Of a stretch of 64,000 bases of DNA, positions 8,580 to 18,121 are shown one piece after another. The notes beneath the pieces are model-generated. The model did no database searches, was not told the origin of the DNA, and was given only the letters and a program-made list of their open reading frames with translations. The stretch spans positions 404 to 64,403 of the forward strand of contig JAHEAD010000014.1 of the NCBI GenBank assembly GCA_019721075.1, given 5' to 3'. This stretch comes from Candidatus Sysuiplasma jiujiangense (GTDB lineage Archaea; Thermoplasmatota; Thermoplasmata; Sysuiplasmatales; Sysuiplasmataceae). Within the stretch, counting starts at the first letter, position 1. The number at the start of each line of letters is the position of its first letter. The translations under genes were made by a program, and so were the position numbers.

Positions 8580-10060
8580 ATGTTTTCTTGCTTTTCAGGG
8601 ATCGTAATTTCGACTGGAAAAAGAACCTTCCTTACAATGAGCAGGAACTGCTGCACGATCTCGACCTGGATGTAATATTGAAGGTGATGTCTGCTGGCGA
8701 CTCCTATATCTATTCAGTCGCCAAAGCCGTTATTTTGTGCGGGGAAATGGATACTGCAACAATCAGATACCGTCAGGAAGTGCTAAATGACTGCACATCA
8801 GTGTATCCGCAGGTAAGAGATCTTTATCACATTGTTGTTAAGACGATTGAAACGGTGAAAAAAGACTTCTGGCTGACAGGCAACCGGCCTTTAATTCATC
8901 TCAGCACATCAACAAGCATAATGCGCATTCTGTTCAATGCACTAAGGGATCTGAGGCACATCGCAGATTTTTATTCCAAACAATTCAAATCCGAAGGTTT
9001 CAGGTCGCTTCTGGCGATGCTGAGAACGGAGTTCAGCGACGAATACATCAGGAATGTAGAAAACCATCTTGATGAACTCGAATTCAATAATGGTGTTCTG
9101 GCGACTGCCCGTCTGGGTATGGGGAACATCGGAGCGGATTATAGACTTCACAAGAGAAGAGAAGGAAGACGTGATGTGAAACGGATTCTTTCAGGGAAAA
9201 GGGACCAGTATGTCTTTACCATCGATCCGCGGGATTATAACAGTTCTCAATCTCTTTCAGCCCTCAGGGACAAGGTAATAGGCAATGCCACGTTGATGCT
9301 CTCGGAATCAGTCAGTCATGTGCTTGGTTTCTTCAACGACTTTCGTGGTGAGTTAGGTTTCTATATCGGATGTCTCAATCTGCATGATCAACTGAACCGG
9401 AATGGTTTACAGTTTTGCATGCCATTACCTTACGAACTTAATTCAAATATGTTCTCCTTCACAGGGCTGTATGATATCTCTCTCGCCCTGAGGCTTGGCG
9501 GTAGAATCGTAGCGAATGACCTCGATGCAAGAAACAGGAAACTGATAATAATCAGCGGTGCCAACAGAGGAGGCAAATCAACCTTCCTGAGAAGCATTGG
9601 CTTGGCTCAGTTGATGATGCAATGCGGAATGTTCGTGGCCGCCGGGTCCTATGAATGTGAAGTATCTGACGGCATTTTCACCCATTTCAAAAAGGAGGAA
9701 GATGCTGAAATGAGAATGGGGAAGCTTGACGAGGAATTGAAACGATTCAGTGATATCGTAGATCACCTGAGTCATGGATCGATGCTGCTGCTCAATGAAT
9801 CTTTTGCCTCAACAGACAACAGGAATGGTGCCGAAATCGCCTCTCAGGCCTTAGGTGGACTTATGGAATATGGAATAAAAATCCTGTTTGTGACACACAA
9901 TAATGAGGCGGCAGACAGATTTTACAGGAAGAATCCGGCAGATGCTGAATTCCTCAGGGCTGAAAGAAAGCATGACGGAAGCAGGACGTACAGAATAATA
10001 AGGGGAGAACCGCTGAAAACAAGCTTTGCGGAGGATCTTTATAACAGTATTTTCGGGTGA
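8576..10060 (+). CDS. MutS-domain-V (ABC-type) ATPase, paralog B
   Basis: The start overlaps the upstream stop (ATGA). Walker A SGANRGGKSTFLRSIG, GKLDEEL signature-like motif, Walker B LLLNESFAST, His-loop FVTHNNE. Confidence 0.8.
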   Translation: MNVFLLFRDRNFDWKKNLPYNEQELLHDLDLDVILKVMSAGDSYIYSVAKAVILCGEMDTATIRYRQEVLNDCTSVYPQVRDLYHIVVKTIETVKKDFWLTGNRPLIHLSTSTSIMRILFNALRDLRHIADFYSKQFKSEGFRSLLAMLRTEFSDEYIRNVENHLDELEFNNGVLATARLGMGNIGADYRLHKRREGRRDVKRILSGKRDQYVFTIDPRDYNSSQSLSALRDKVIGNATLMLSESVSHVLGFFNDFRGELGFYIGCLNLHDQLNRNGLQFCMPLPYELNSNMFSFTGLYDISLALRLGGRIVANDLDARNRKLIIISGANRGGKSTFLRSIGLAQLMMQCGMFVAAGSYECEVSDGIFTHFKKEEDAEMRMGKLDEELKRFSDIVDHLSHGSMLLLNESFASTDNRNGAEIASQALGGLMEYGIKILFVTHNNEAADRFYRKNPADAEFLRAERKHDGSRTYRIIRGEPLKTSFAEDLYNSIFG

Positions 10061-10337
10061 TGAGGTTGTGCCGCAGGCGCTTACGGAAGTGGTGCTGCGT
10101 GAATTCATTTGTAGGACAAACCTGATTGACCTGCACTTCCAGTGAAGAATGTTCCTCCTACGACCTATTTCTGAAATGAAGGCCGGTAATGCGGCGCTCA
10201 GGACCGTGTTACGCGGTGACGCAGCCGGAGTGATGTGCGAAGCCAACGAGGGATGTATTTCTTCGACACTTTGTCACATTCCTGAATGGGGCAATCCGCA
10301 GATCCCTGCCTGTGACAGCCTTTACGATCTGTAATGG

Positions 10338-10811
10338 CTATGCAACCCGCAGAGTTGCCTTAATTCTGTCGGGTTTAAGAAGGAGGTCAAGGCCGTCGAT
10401 GATGCTGCACACAATGATGTCTGCATTGCTGAGTGCAGAAATTGCGGCGCCTTCTCCACCAATGACTGCAATTCCCAGCCCTGATGCTTCAAGCATCTTC
10501 ATGTCGTTGCTGCCGTTTCCTAAACTGACGGTGTTCAATGCCCCAAGTTTTTCAACAAAAGCCCTCTTCTGTTCTGCCTGGTCATCACCCGTTACGATCT
10601 GCAGGCTGCATTCAACTCCATTCAGTTCTTCCCTGGCCCGCCCGTATGTATCTGCGGTAATGACATGCACATCGAGCAATTCAGACAGTTTGCGGAGCCG
10701 GCTGGCAACTCCGGGAATCAGTTTTCCATCGACGGCCAGGGTTCCGTTAAAATCAGAAGCAAGGAATTTCAGCCGAAATTCCGAAATCCCCGGAGCCTGT
10801 ATAATCAGCAT
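10338..10811 (-). CDS. HAD-superfamily hydrolase (COG4087-like 'soluble P-type ATPase' type)
   Basis: Motifs DFNGTLAVDG, GNGSNDMKML and LGIAVIGGEG. The ORF extends to 10922, but family length and N-terminus favour the ATG at 10811 (MLIIQAPG...). Confidence 0.7.
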   Translation of the reverse strand: MLIIQAPGISEFRLKFLASDFNGTLAVDGKLIPGVASRLRKLSELLDVHVITADTYGRAREELNGVECSLQIVTGDDQAEQKRAFVEKLGALNTVSLGNGSNDMKMLEASGLGIAVIGGEGAAISALSNADIIVCSIIDGLDLLLKPDRIKATLRVA

Positions 10812-11190
10812 GTCGTGTAACTCCATGAGGTTGATGCATGGCAATGAGCAGGTGAGACTGTTTGTGCCTCCATCCTTTTTCCCCTTCGGCCGATATTCCC
10901 TTTGAGGGTATAAATTCTCCATCGTTCCACGCTGTTCCGGACAAGGCTCACAGGTTTGAGCTGAAATTCGCCGATCGTACTAAACATTTCGCGGCACATG
11001 TTTTCACAGCGAACACAATCCGCCGCCCTTGCCGGATGGCCGCACTATTGTATGCAACGCTGTGCCAGAAACAGAATTGGAAAATAAAATAATCCACTTA
11101 TGTCGATGGTAGTTGATTGGGCATAGAAGATACCCATCTAAATGTGGCCAGTGAAAATATTATTTAGCCATCAAACTACTGGGGGCGTAT

Positions 11191-13215
11191 ATGAAGATCA
11201 AGAATGGTGACAAGGAAGTGGAGGACGGGACAATTCTATGGCAGCCGGATAATACATTTGTTGAAAATTCAAACATTGCCAGATACATGCACTATCTGGA
11301 AAATAACGGGATATGCAGTGCCGATGATTACGAATCGTTATGGCGCTGGTCAACGTCCGACACAGCGGCATTCTGGAAGTCGATTGTCGACTACTTCGGT
11401 GTCAGGTTTGGAAGTGACTATTCCAGGGTGATGTCGTCAACCCGTATGCCTGGCGTCAGATGGTTCGAAGGCGCTACACTGAACTACACCCAATGCCTGT
11501 TAGATAAAAACGAACGGGACGATACCTCAATTATATCGGTTTCCGAAACAAGGCCAAGACGAGAAGTGTCAATGCAGAAGCTCCTTTCAGATGCAGAGAG
11601 GGTTCGAAACTTTTTCAGCACCGCCGGAATAATGCCGGGTGACAGAATTGCCGCATATCTGCCGAATATCAGCGAGGCCGTGGAATCATTTGTTGCCACA
11701 GCTGCGTCAGGTGCAGTATGGTCAAGCTGTTCGCCGGATTTCGGCAGGAAGAGTGTCATCGACAGGTTCAGCCAGATAGAGCCGAAACTGCTCATTGCGG
11801 TGGACGGATACATCTATGGCGGCAGGACCTACGACAGGATTGATACAGTGGAGAGTATTCTGAAAGAGATACCCAGCATCAAGCAGGTTATACTGATTCC
11901 ATACCTCAACAGTGGTGCAAGAGTCAGGAGTGCCGTGCTGTGGGACGATGTTGTTGGAGGAAGAACGCACGGATCCGATTTCGTTTCACCCGTGCCCGTC
12001 GAATTCAACCATCCGCTTTGGATCCTCTATACGTCGGGTACTACCGGACTTCCAAAGCCCATCGTGCACAGTCATGGAGGGATTCTTCTCGAACACCTGA
12101 AGACACACTTTCTTCACTTTGATCTTGGTCCGAAAGACACTTTTTTCTGGCTAACGACAACCGGATGGATGATGTGGAATGTTGTGGTTAGCGCATTGCT
12201 TACCTCCTCGAAAATTGTTCTTTTTGATGGGAATCCGGCATACCCGGATCTTGATACACTCTGGCGTCTGGCGGAGAAGGAAAAAATAACCCATTTCGGC
12301 ACCAGTGCGGCTTACATTTCCTCATGCAGGAAGGAGGGGGTGTCTCCAGGTGAAACGTTCAAACTCGGTCAGTTGCGGGCCCTTTCATCAACGGGCAGCC
12401 CCCTTCTGCCTGAAGGATTCAGCTGGGTTTATGAAAAGGTGAAAGATGACATCTGGCTTTCATCCGTGAGCGGCGGAACAGATGTCTGTTCCGGCTTCGC
12501 CCTGGGATGCCCGCTGCTTCCGGTGAAAGCGGGAAGAATACAATGCAGAGCACTTGGAGCAGCCGTGCATTCGTTCGACGAGCAGGGCAATTCCCTCGTT
12601 GATGAAGTTGGAGAACTTGTGATCACACAACCTATGCCTTCAATGCCGATATATTTCTGGAACGACGAAAAGATGACGAAATACAGGGAGAGTTACTTCG
12701 AGCAATACGACGGGGTATGGAGGCATGGCGACTGGGTGAAAATTTTCAGGGATGGCAGTCTTGAAATTTACGGCAGATCGGATGCGACTCTCAAGAGAAG
12801 AGGCATAAGGATCGGTACCGGTGAACTGTACAGGGCGGTCGAAAACATGGACGAGATTATAGACAGTCTCGTAATCGGCATAGACATTGAGGGGGGTGTC
12901 TATTACATGCCCATGTTTGTGGTCCTGAGGAACGGGATCACCCTGAATTCTGAACTGAGGAAAAGGATAGAAGAGAAAATAAGAAATGAGCTGTCTCCCA
13001 GACATGTACCTGACGATATAATACAGGTCACAGAAATACCCAAAACACTAACAGGAAAGAAACTCGAAATACCTGTCAAAAGGATACTCTCGGGTGTTTC
13101 TCCAGGCAAGGCGGTGAATCCCGGATCAGTAGCTAACATGGATGCGCTGAACGACTTGATAGAACGGGGCAGAAATGCAATCAACGCAAAATTCAAAGAC
13201 ACGCGCCGAATATGA
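11191..13215 (+). CDS. Acetoacetyl-CoA synthetase (acetoacetate-CoA ligase)
   Basis: 674 aa. AMP-binding motif LYTSGTTGLPKPIVHSHGG; N-terminal LWQP...NIARYM and overall length typical of this family. Confidence 0.85.
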   Translation: MKIKNGDKEVEDGTILWQPDNTFVENSNIARYMHYLENNGICSADDYESLWRWSTSDTAAFWKSIVDYFGVRFGSDYSRVMSSTRMPGVRWFEGATLNYTQCLLDKNERDDTSIISVSETRPRREVSMQKLLSDAERVRNFFSTAGIMPGDRIAAYLPNISEAVESFVATAASGAVWSSCSPDFGRKSVIDRFSQIEPKLLIAVDGYIYGGRTYDRIDTVESILKEIPSIKQVILIPYLNSGARVRSAVLWDDVVGGRTHGSDFVSPVPVEFNHPLWILYTSGTTGLPKPIVHSHGGILLEHLKTHFLHFDLGPKDTFFWLTTTGWMMWNVVVSALLTSSKIVLFDGNPAYPDLDTLWRLAEKEKITHFGTSAAYISSCRKEGVSPGETFKLGQLRALSSTGSPLLPEGFSWVYEKVKDDIWLSSVSGGTDVCSGFALGCPLLPVKAGRIQCRALGAAVHSFDEQGNSLVDEVGELVITQPMPSMPIYFWNDEKMTKYRESYFEQYDGVWRHGDWVKIFRDGSLEIYGRSDATLKRRGIRIGTGELYRAVENMDEIIDSLVIGIDIEGGVYYMPMFVVLRNGITLNSELRKRIEEKIRNELSPRHVPDDIIQVTEIPKTLTGKKLEIPVKRILSGVSPGKAVNPGSVANMDALNDLIERGRNAINAKFKDTRRI

Positions 13216-13720
13216 AAATAGCCCGATCAGAGGATGTGATATCGGCATCAAGTTGGACAGGTTAAGCCTGATTCAGCCAATTCATGCGTAACTCCATAAA
13301 AACTGCCTTGATGTCCGTCGAGGAAGCATTTTTTATCATTTTCAGAAGAGTGCCGTTTATCCGGCACTCCATTTGTATAGAACCGGATTGATTCACGAAT
13401 TATGTGTCTTCGGGCGTTCCGGCATTACAGATGAGTTTTGTGGCCGAGAATGGTTTACAACCTTTTGGGTGAACAAGTTAGAGGCAGAAGACAGTTTAGC
13501 TGATACCGGGATAAATGAAAACAGGTTCGCGGATTGCCGGAATTCAACATTCATTATGTCTCTGTCATTTTCGGTGAGGGACCGCCGACTGCCTTCTCCT
13601 GCACGCAACAAATATTCATATGTAAAGGTGCTTTCAAAGAGGACAGCCGGGCGGCGAATTTTCACTGCCCTTGGTGACGGCTGAATGACTGTTGAATCAA
13701 AGACATAGCCGGAAGGAACA

Positions 13721-14572
13721 ATGAGGGAGAAAATACAAACTGGATGCATGGGATGGTCGTACAAAGACTGGATTGGTCCATTCTATCCCAAAGGAGCTTC
13801 CGGAAAGGATTTTCTCAGGCTTTACAGCAGCGTTTTCGGTGCAGTGGAAGTAAACTCCTCTTTTTACAGGATTCCGGAAACGGATACGGCACTGCAGTGG
13901 AAGGAAGTTACACCAGACGGCTTCACATTCACACTCAAATTCCCAAGGGAGATTATCGGTGCGGGAAAATCAGGCATACATGCAGTGAAGGTTGAGCAAT
14001 TTGAAAACTCCGCACTCAGCCTCGGCAGAAAACTGGCTGCAGTTCTTATCCTTCTTCCACCTTCGGCAACATATAGCAAAATGTTTGACTCGACAAGAGA
14101 TTTTACTGCTGCACTGGGGGACGGCATCAGATACGCCATGGAATTCCGGAATTTATCTTGGTTCAGGGAAGAAGTCTACGATCTCCTTCGTAAGAGGGAA
14201 ATTTGTTTTGCATGGTCAAGCAACCAGTACCTGGAAACTCCCCCTGAGATAACAGGTGATATCCTGTATGTGCGCCTGATAGGCGACAGGAGCCTGACAA
14301 AGTTTGATAAAATACAGATTGACAGGACGGCTGTAATGAAAAAGTGGGCGACAGAGGTCACCCTTGCCCTCAGCGACAATAAGGTATCCGGAGCACTCGT
14401 CTTTTCCAACAATCACTTCGCAGGCTTTGCGCCTCAGACAATCAACACATTCAGAAAAATGGCAGGAATGCCGGAACGGAATTGGTGGGAACTTATGTCG
14501 AGGAAGGGGAATATCAGGACGGGCTCCTCGCGCCAGACAAGACTGGACTCGGTGCCGGGCTTCACAGATTAA
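13721..14572 (+). CDS. DUF72 (UPF0759) family protein
   Basis: Family-typical GCMGWSYKDWIGPFYP and NSSFYRIPE motifs. Confidence 0.8.
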   Translation: MREKIQTGCMGWSYKDWIGPFYPKGASGKDFLRLYSSVFGAVEVNSSFYRIPETDTALQWKEVTPDGFTFTLKFPREIIGAGKSGIHAVKVEQFENSALSLGRKLAAVLILLPPSATYSKMFDSTRDFTAALGDGIRYAMEFRNLSWFREEVYDLLRKREICFAWSSNQYLETPPEITGDILYVRLIGDRSLTKFDKIQIDRTAVMKKWATEVTLALSDNKVSGALVFSNNHFAGFAPQTINTFRKMAGMPERNWWELMSRKGNIRTGSSRQTRLDSVPGFTD

Positions 14573-14832
14573 TCTGCTCACTGCTGAAACGTCATTGATC
14601 GGCCATCAAGCTTCCTGATTCAACCGCTGTGAGTTAATCCAGGCTTCATTAAATGCAGATTGCTCAGGCATTCGTCGGCATTCGCTGCATATTCAATTTC
14701 AGGAAACGGAAATAGTGAGTATTCCAACGAACACTGCCAAGCCGCTTATTGCGCAAGAGGGACTGTGATAAGCAGCCGATTACTGAAAGGATGCAGTCAA
14801 ATCTCCAGCGAAGAATTCAGGCACATCAAGTA

Positions 14833-14849
14833 TTTATAAAATATCAATG
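14833..14849 (+). promoter_or_regulatory. TATA box/promoter of the vWA-PP2C operon (implies a leaderless mRNA)
   Basis: TTTATAAAATATCAATG ends 11 nt before the ATG at 14861. The 13-mer TAAAATATCAATG (14837-14849) recurs identically at 18461-18473. Confidence 0.5.
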
Positions 14850-14860
14850 TTCTTTGTGTC

Positions 14861-15700
14861 ATGTCGTACGAAGCTGAAATAAGCAGGTCCAATCCTACAC
14901 TGGTCCTTTTTATGATCGACCAGTCGAAATCGATGAGCTACAAGCTTCCGGGGGGAGAACGATCGAAGGCTATGGAAGCATCGGATGCCGTTAACAGGCA
15001 GATTGGCGAATTCGTGCTCCGCTGCACGAAGAGCGACGGGATAAGAGACTATTTTTATGTCGGAGTAATCGGTTACGGCTTCACCACTGGAAAGGCTGCA
15101 TTTATACTCAAGGGCGACAGGGTAAATCCCATCTCCAGGCTCGCCACAAGCACGCTGAGGGTGGAAAAGAGACAGATGAAGGTTTCAGACGGTGTGGGAG
15201 GCGTGAGCGAAGTGGACTACGACTTTGGAGTCTGGTTTGAAGCGACCGCTAACGGAGACACGCCGATGTGCAAGGCGCTGACTCTTGCAAAGGACACTGT
15301 AAAGGAGTGGATCGAGGCCCATCCGGGCTCGTATCCCCCGATACTGATAAATATAACAGACGGCCAGGCAACGGATGGAGATCCTGTAAAGGTCGCATCG
15401 GAGATAACTTCATTGAACACTTCCGACGGATCGCCGCTGTTGTGGAATTGTCACCTTTCGTCCAATCCGGCAGTACCAATCTCCTTCCCTTCATTCGAGT
15501 CTGACCTACCCGACGACAAATATGCAAAATCGCTCTTCACAATGTCAAGCGAGCTGCCTTCCCAGTACATAGGCTACGCGAGGGAAATGCAGATTGACCT
15601 GAAGGACAACGCACGGGCATATGTCTTCAATGCGCAGCTCGAACAACTCGTTCAGTTCATAGACATAGGAACAAGAGGGCCGCAGGGGCAGATGCAGTAG
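14861..15700 (+). CDS. von Willebrand factor A (vWA) domain protein with complete MIDAS, TerY-like
   Basis: MIDAS residues present: FMIDQSKSMS (DxSxS), NGDTPM (Thr) and INITDGQATDG (Asp). Confidence 0.85.
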   Translation: MSYEAEISRSNPTLVLFMIDQSKSMSYKLPGGERSKAMEASDAVNRQIGEFVLRCTKSDGIRDYFYVGVIGYGFTTGKAAFILKGDRVNPISRLATSTLRVEKRQMKVSDGVGGVSEVDYDFGVWFEATANGDTPMCKALTLAKDTVKEWIEAHPGSYPPILINITDGQATDGDPVKVASEITSLNTSDGSPLLWNCHLSSNPAVPISFPSFESDLPDDKYAKSLFTMSSELPSQYIGYAREMQIDLKDNARAYVFNAQLEQLVQFIDIGTRGPQGQMQ

Positions 15701-16435
15701 TTGCTCGCTGTACATGAGTTTCACAGACCCAAGACGGGAAACAGCGAAGGTGAATACGAGGATGCATTTGCCTGGGATGAGTCTGCGGGCGCATTTGCAG
15801 TTGCCGACGGTGCAACTGAATCGAGTTTTTCCGATCTGTGGGCGGGTGCGCTCGTCTCGACATTCATTGAAAACCCTCCTGATTTCAGCAGGAATGACAG
15901 GGATGTAATGAGGGACATACTCAGGCAGGCAAGGGACAGGTGGTACCGTGCAATCGACTGGGATTCACTTCCATGGTTTCAGAAGAACAAGGCGTATCTG
16001 GGCTCGTATTCCACCCTGCTCGGCCTTCAGATTGGCGCAGAAGGGAACAGCAGAAGATTCAGGTGCATTGTTGTCGGTGACTCGTGCATGTTCAATATCA
16101 GCGGCCAGAAACTGGAATCTTTCCCGTTTGCCGACAGCCAGGACATGAATAACACTCCAAGACTTATGTGGAGCGGACTTGGAACGCCTTCAGGACTGGA
16201 GAAGGATGTTGAAATTCCGGGGATAGAGGTAAAATACGGATGGCTCAGAAAAGGAGATACAGTCATGCTTGCTACGGATGCGCTCTCCAAATGGATCCTC
16301 CAGCACAAGGCAGAAAGGCCATGGGAAACACTCCTTTCCCATGCAGACAGCTTCGACTCCTTCATAGGGAATCTGATCGCCGAGGGAAAGATCAAGAATG
16401 ACGACGTTACGCTGATTTTCATTTCTATATCCTAG
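15701..16435 (+). CDS. PP2C/SpoIIE-like Ser/Thr protein phosphatase
   Basis: TTG start directly abuts the vWA TAG stop. Motifs EDAFAWD, AVADGATES, VVGDSCMF, LATDALSKW. Confidence 0.75.
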   Translation: MLAVHEFHRPKTGNSEGEYEDAFAWDESAGAFAVADGATESSFSDLWAGALVSTFIENPPDFSRNDRDVMRDILRQARDRWYRAIDWDSLPWFQKNKAYLGSYSTLLGLQIGAEGNSRRFRCIVVGDSCMFNISGQKLESFPFADSQDMNNTPRLMWSGLGTPSGLEKDVEIPGIEVKYGWLRKGDTVMLATDALSKWILQHKAERPWETLLSHADSFDSFIGNLIAEGKIKNDDVTLIFISIS

Positions 16436-18086
16436 CAAGCCGCTGGGGATCGCAACCTTCCCACAGCGGATCGCGTCTTACGGCATCGCAGAGCAGTTCC
16501 GTCAGTTGTCCCGCCCTGCCCCTGGTTTTCGTGAGTTCGTTTATCACCCTTGAACGTGAAGGGTCAAGGAAGTCGCTCTTCCGGAATATAAGGCAGTCCT
16601 GGTCTCCTTTGTTGTATTTGGTCCAGAGTGATGGATCCTCCGCCACGGCAATCAGCGAAAGGTATGTGACAAGTATAGAGAAATTGTCAAGGCGCTCCGA
16701 GTAGCTGTTCGAAGTCCTCATTGGATGCTGAAAATTGTCATGCCCAAGCTCCGGTGATTTGGTGCCAGAGAACTCCGGCACATACATGCCGTCGTAGTCG
16801 ACAAGAGTGAATGATCCCGAGGGGCCTATCACTATATTGTCCCCTGAAATATCCCCATGCGCTATTCCGGCACTCCTTATCCGCACCATTTCGTCGATAA
16901 ATGTGGATGCAAGACCATTCAGTGCCGCTCTGTTGCGCAGTTGCTCTGATATGAATGTATTCAGTGTTTTTCCCTCAACCCAGTCCATACGAAGGACAGG
17001 AAAATACATTGCAGGATTCCTGAAAGTCCTGATTGCCCCTGGAAGGTATTGAAAATTTACAAACGCATATCCCTTTGCATGTAACGGCTCCAGCGCTTTT
17101 GAAATTGCCAGGTACCGCTTGTTCAGGTCCTGTTTGCTGCGCGTAAAGCATTTCAAGGCGAGTGCAGATCCGTTGTTTTCCAGTTTGAAAATAATGCCGT
17201 AATTTCCAGAGGAATAGGCGACGTTTCCAGGCAACTTGATAAACGGGTTGGGGACAACCTTCGAATTTTTAAGCGCAGCATAGCCCGGAGAAATGCTGAA
17301 GCCTATATTCTGCATTGCGCGGGTGTAATCACTCTGGCCAGGCCACGGCACGTTCGCAGGGATAACGTCAGTAACCTTTTGTGCAGGAACTGAAGGAGTA
17401 TTCGTGCTTTCGGGAAACGCGCTCCTCTGCCTGCTGGCAGTTTTCGCAGCGCGTCCGGACGGAGATTTGCGCGGAGCTGGAGGATTCGGAGAATGTGCCG
17501 TTACGGCGGCAACAGACGGGCTGCCCGTCGAAATGGTTCCTGCAGGCTGTCCAGACGAGCCTGTATTTAAATCGAGAATCGAAACACTCCTTGTGGCCGG
17601 ACGAACGAAGAAGGAACAGGTAAAAATGACAAATCCCGAAATGGCCACATAATAAGGCGGAAGGAAAAATGCAATTACGACAAGCGGGAGAGTGGTTGAC
17701 AGAAAGGACATTCTTGACAGCCGTTCCCTGACGGCTAATATGACGACAGCATCCACCGACGCTATCAGTGCGACTATCATAATAAGGCTGTAAAGCGGAT
17801 TGAGCGGATTGCCATAGAAAAACGTGGCGGCGATGAGGAGTACGCCGTAGGCTGAATAGAGCGATCTGTAGGAGCCGAGATATCCCCTTGCAAATGAATA
17901 AGCGAGCAGTGCTGAACAGGCAGCAGCCACGATGACGGCGTGATAGAGCTCGAACAGCTTGAAGGCTGAACCGAAATGCAGGTATGAATAAGCGAACGTG
18001 AGGGTCTCTTCCAGCCACATAAGGGGAACAACGAGGAGGAACAGTATCACAAGCAAAGGGACAAGGTACCTCGCGGATGGTTTCAT
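16425..18086 (-). CDS. Polytopic membrane Ser/Thr protein kinase (5-6 N-terminal TM helices, S/P/A-rich linker, C-terminal Hanks-type kinase core)
   Basis: Catalytic-lysine context LALKCF, catalytic loop IAHGDISGDNIVI, LVDYDG in the DFG position. Several long hydrophobic segments in residues about 5-165. The 3' end overlaps the PP2C gene by 11 nt (convergent). Confidence 0.8.
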   Translation of the reverse strand: MKPSARYLVPLLVILFLLVVPLMWLEETLTFAYSYLHFGSAFKLFELYHAVIVAAACSALLAYSFARGYLGSYRSLYSAYGVLLIAATFFYGNPLNPLYSLIMIVALIASVDAVVILAVRERLSRMSFLSTTLPLVVIAFFLPPYYVAISGFVIFTCSFFVRPATRSVSILDLNTGSSGQPAGTISTGSPSVAAVTAHSPNPPAPRKSPSGRAAKTASRQRSAFPESTNTPSVPAQKVTDVIPANVPWPGQSDYTRAMQNIGFSISPGYAALKNSKVVPNPFIKLPGNVAYSSGNYGIIFKLENNGSALALKCFTRSKQDLNKRYLAISKALEPLHAKGYAFVNFQYLPGAIRTFRNPAMYFPVLRMDWVEGKTLNTFISEQLRNRAALNGLASTFIDEMVRIRSAGIAHGDISGDNIVIGPSGSFTLVDYDGMYVPEFSGTKSPELGHDNFQHPMRTSNSYSERLDNFSILVTYLSLIAVAEDPSLWTKYNKGDQDCLIFRKSDFLDPSRSRVINELTKTRGRAGQLTELLCDAVRRDPLWEGCDPQRLARI

Positions 18087-18112
18087 AACTCTGAAAATAA
18101 AACACGGCTGTA

Positions 18113-18121
18113 TCTATAAAG
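18113..18121 (-). promoter_or_regulatory. TATA-like element upstream of the kinase gene
   Basis: The minus strand reads CTTTATAGA about 30 nt upstream of the ATG at 18086. Confidence 0.4.

Noticed and set aside
10056-10124. Possible C/D-box sRNA (GTGATGA ... CTGA) after the MutS-like operon
   Set aside because: There is no D' box 12 nt after the C box, no convincing C' box, no terminal stem, and the spacing is too long (69 nt). A similar weak candidate at 36996-37062 fails the same tests.
10312-10905. 197-aa plus-strand ORF opposite the HAD hydrolase gene
   Set aside because: The minus-strand frame carries clear HAD motifs (DFNGTL, GNGSNDMKML). The plus frame is a Ser/Pro/Ala-rich mirror frame.
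13371-13384. ATTTGTATAGAACC, resembling the IS66-like terminal repeat
   Set aside because: Only 12 of 16 positions match, and there is no partner repeat or transposase remnant nearby. It could be chance in AT-rich intergenic DNA.
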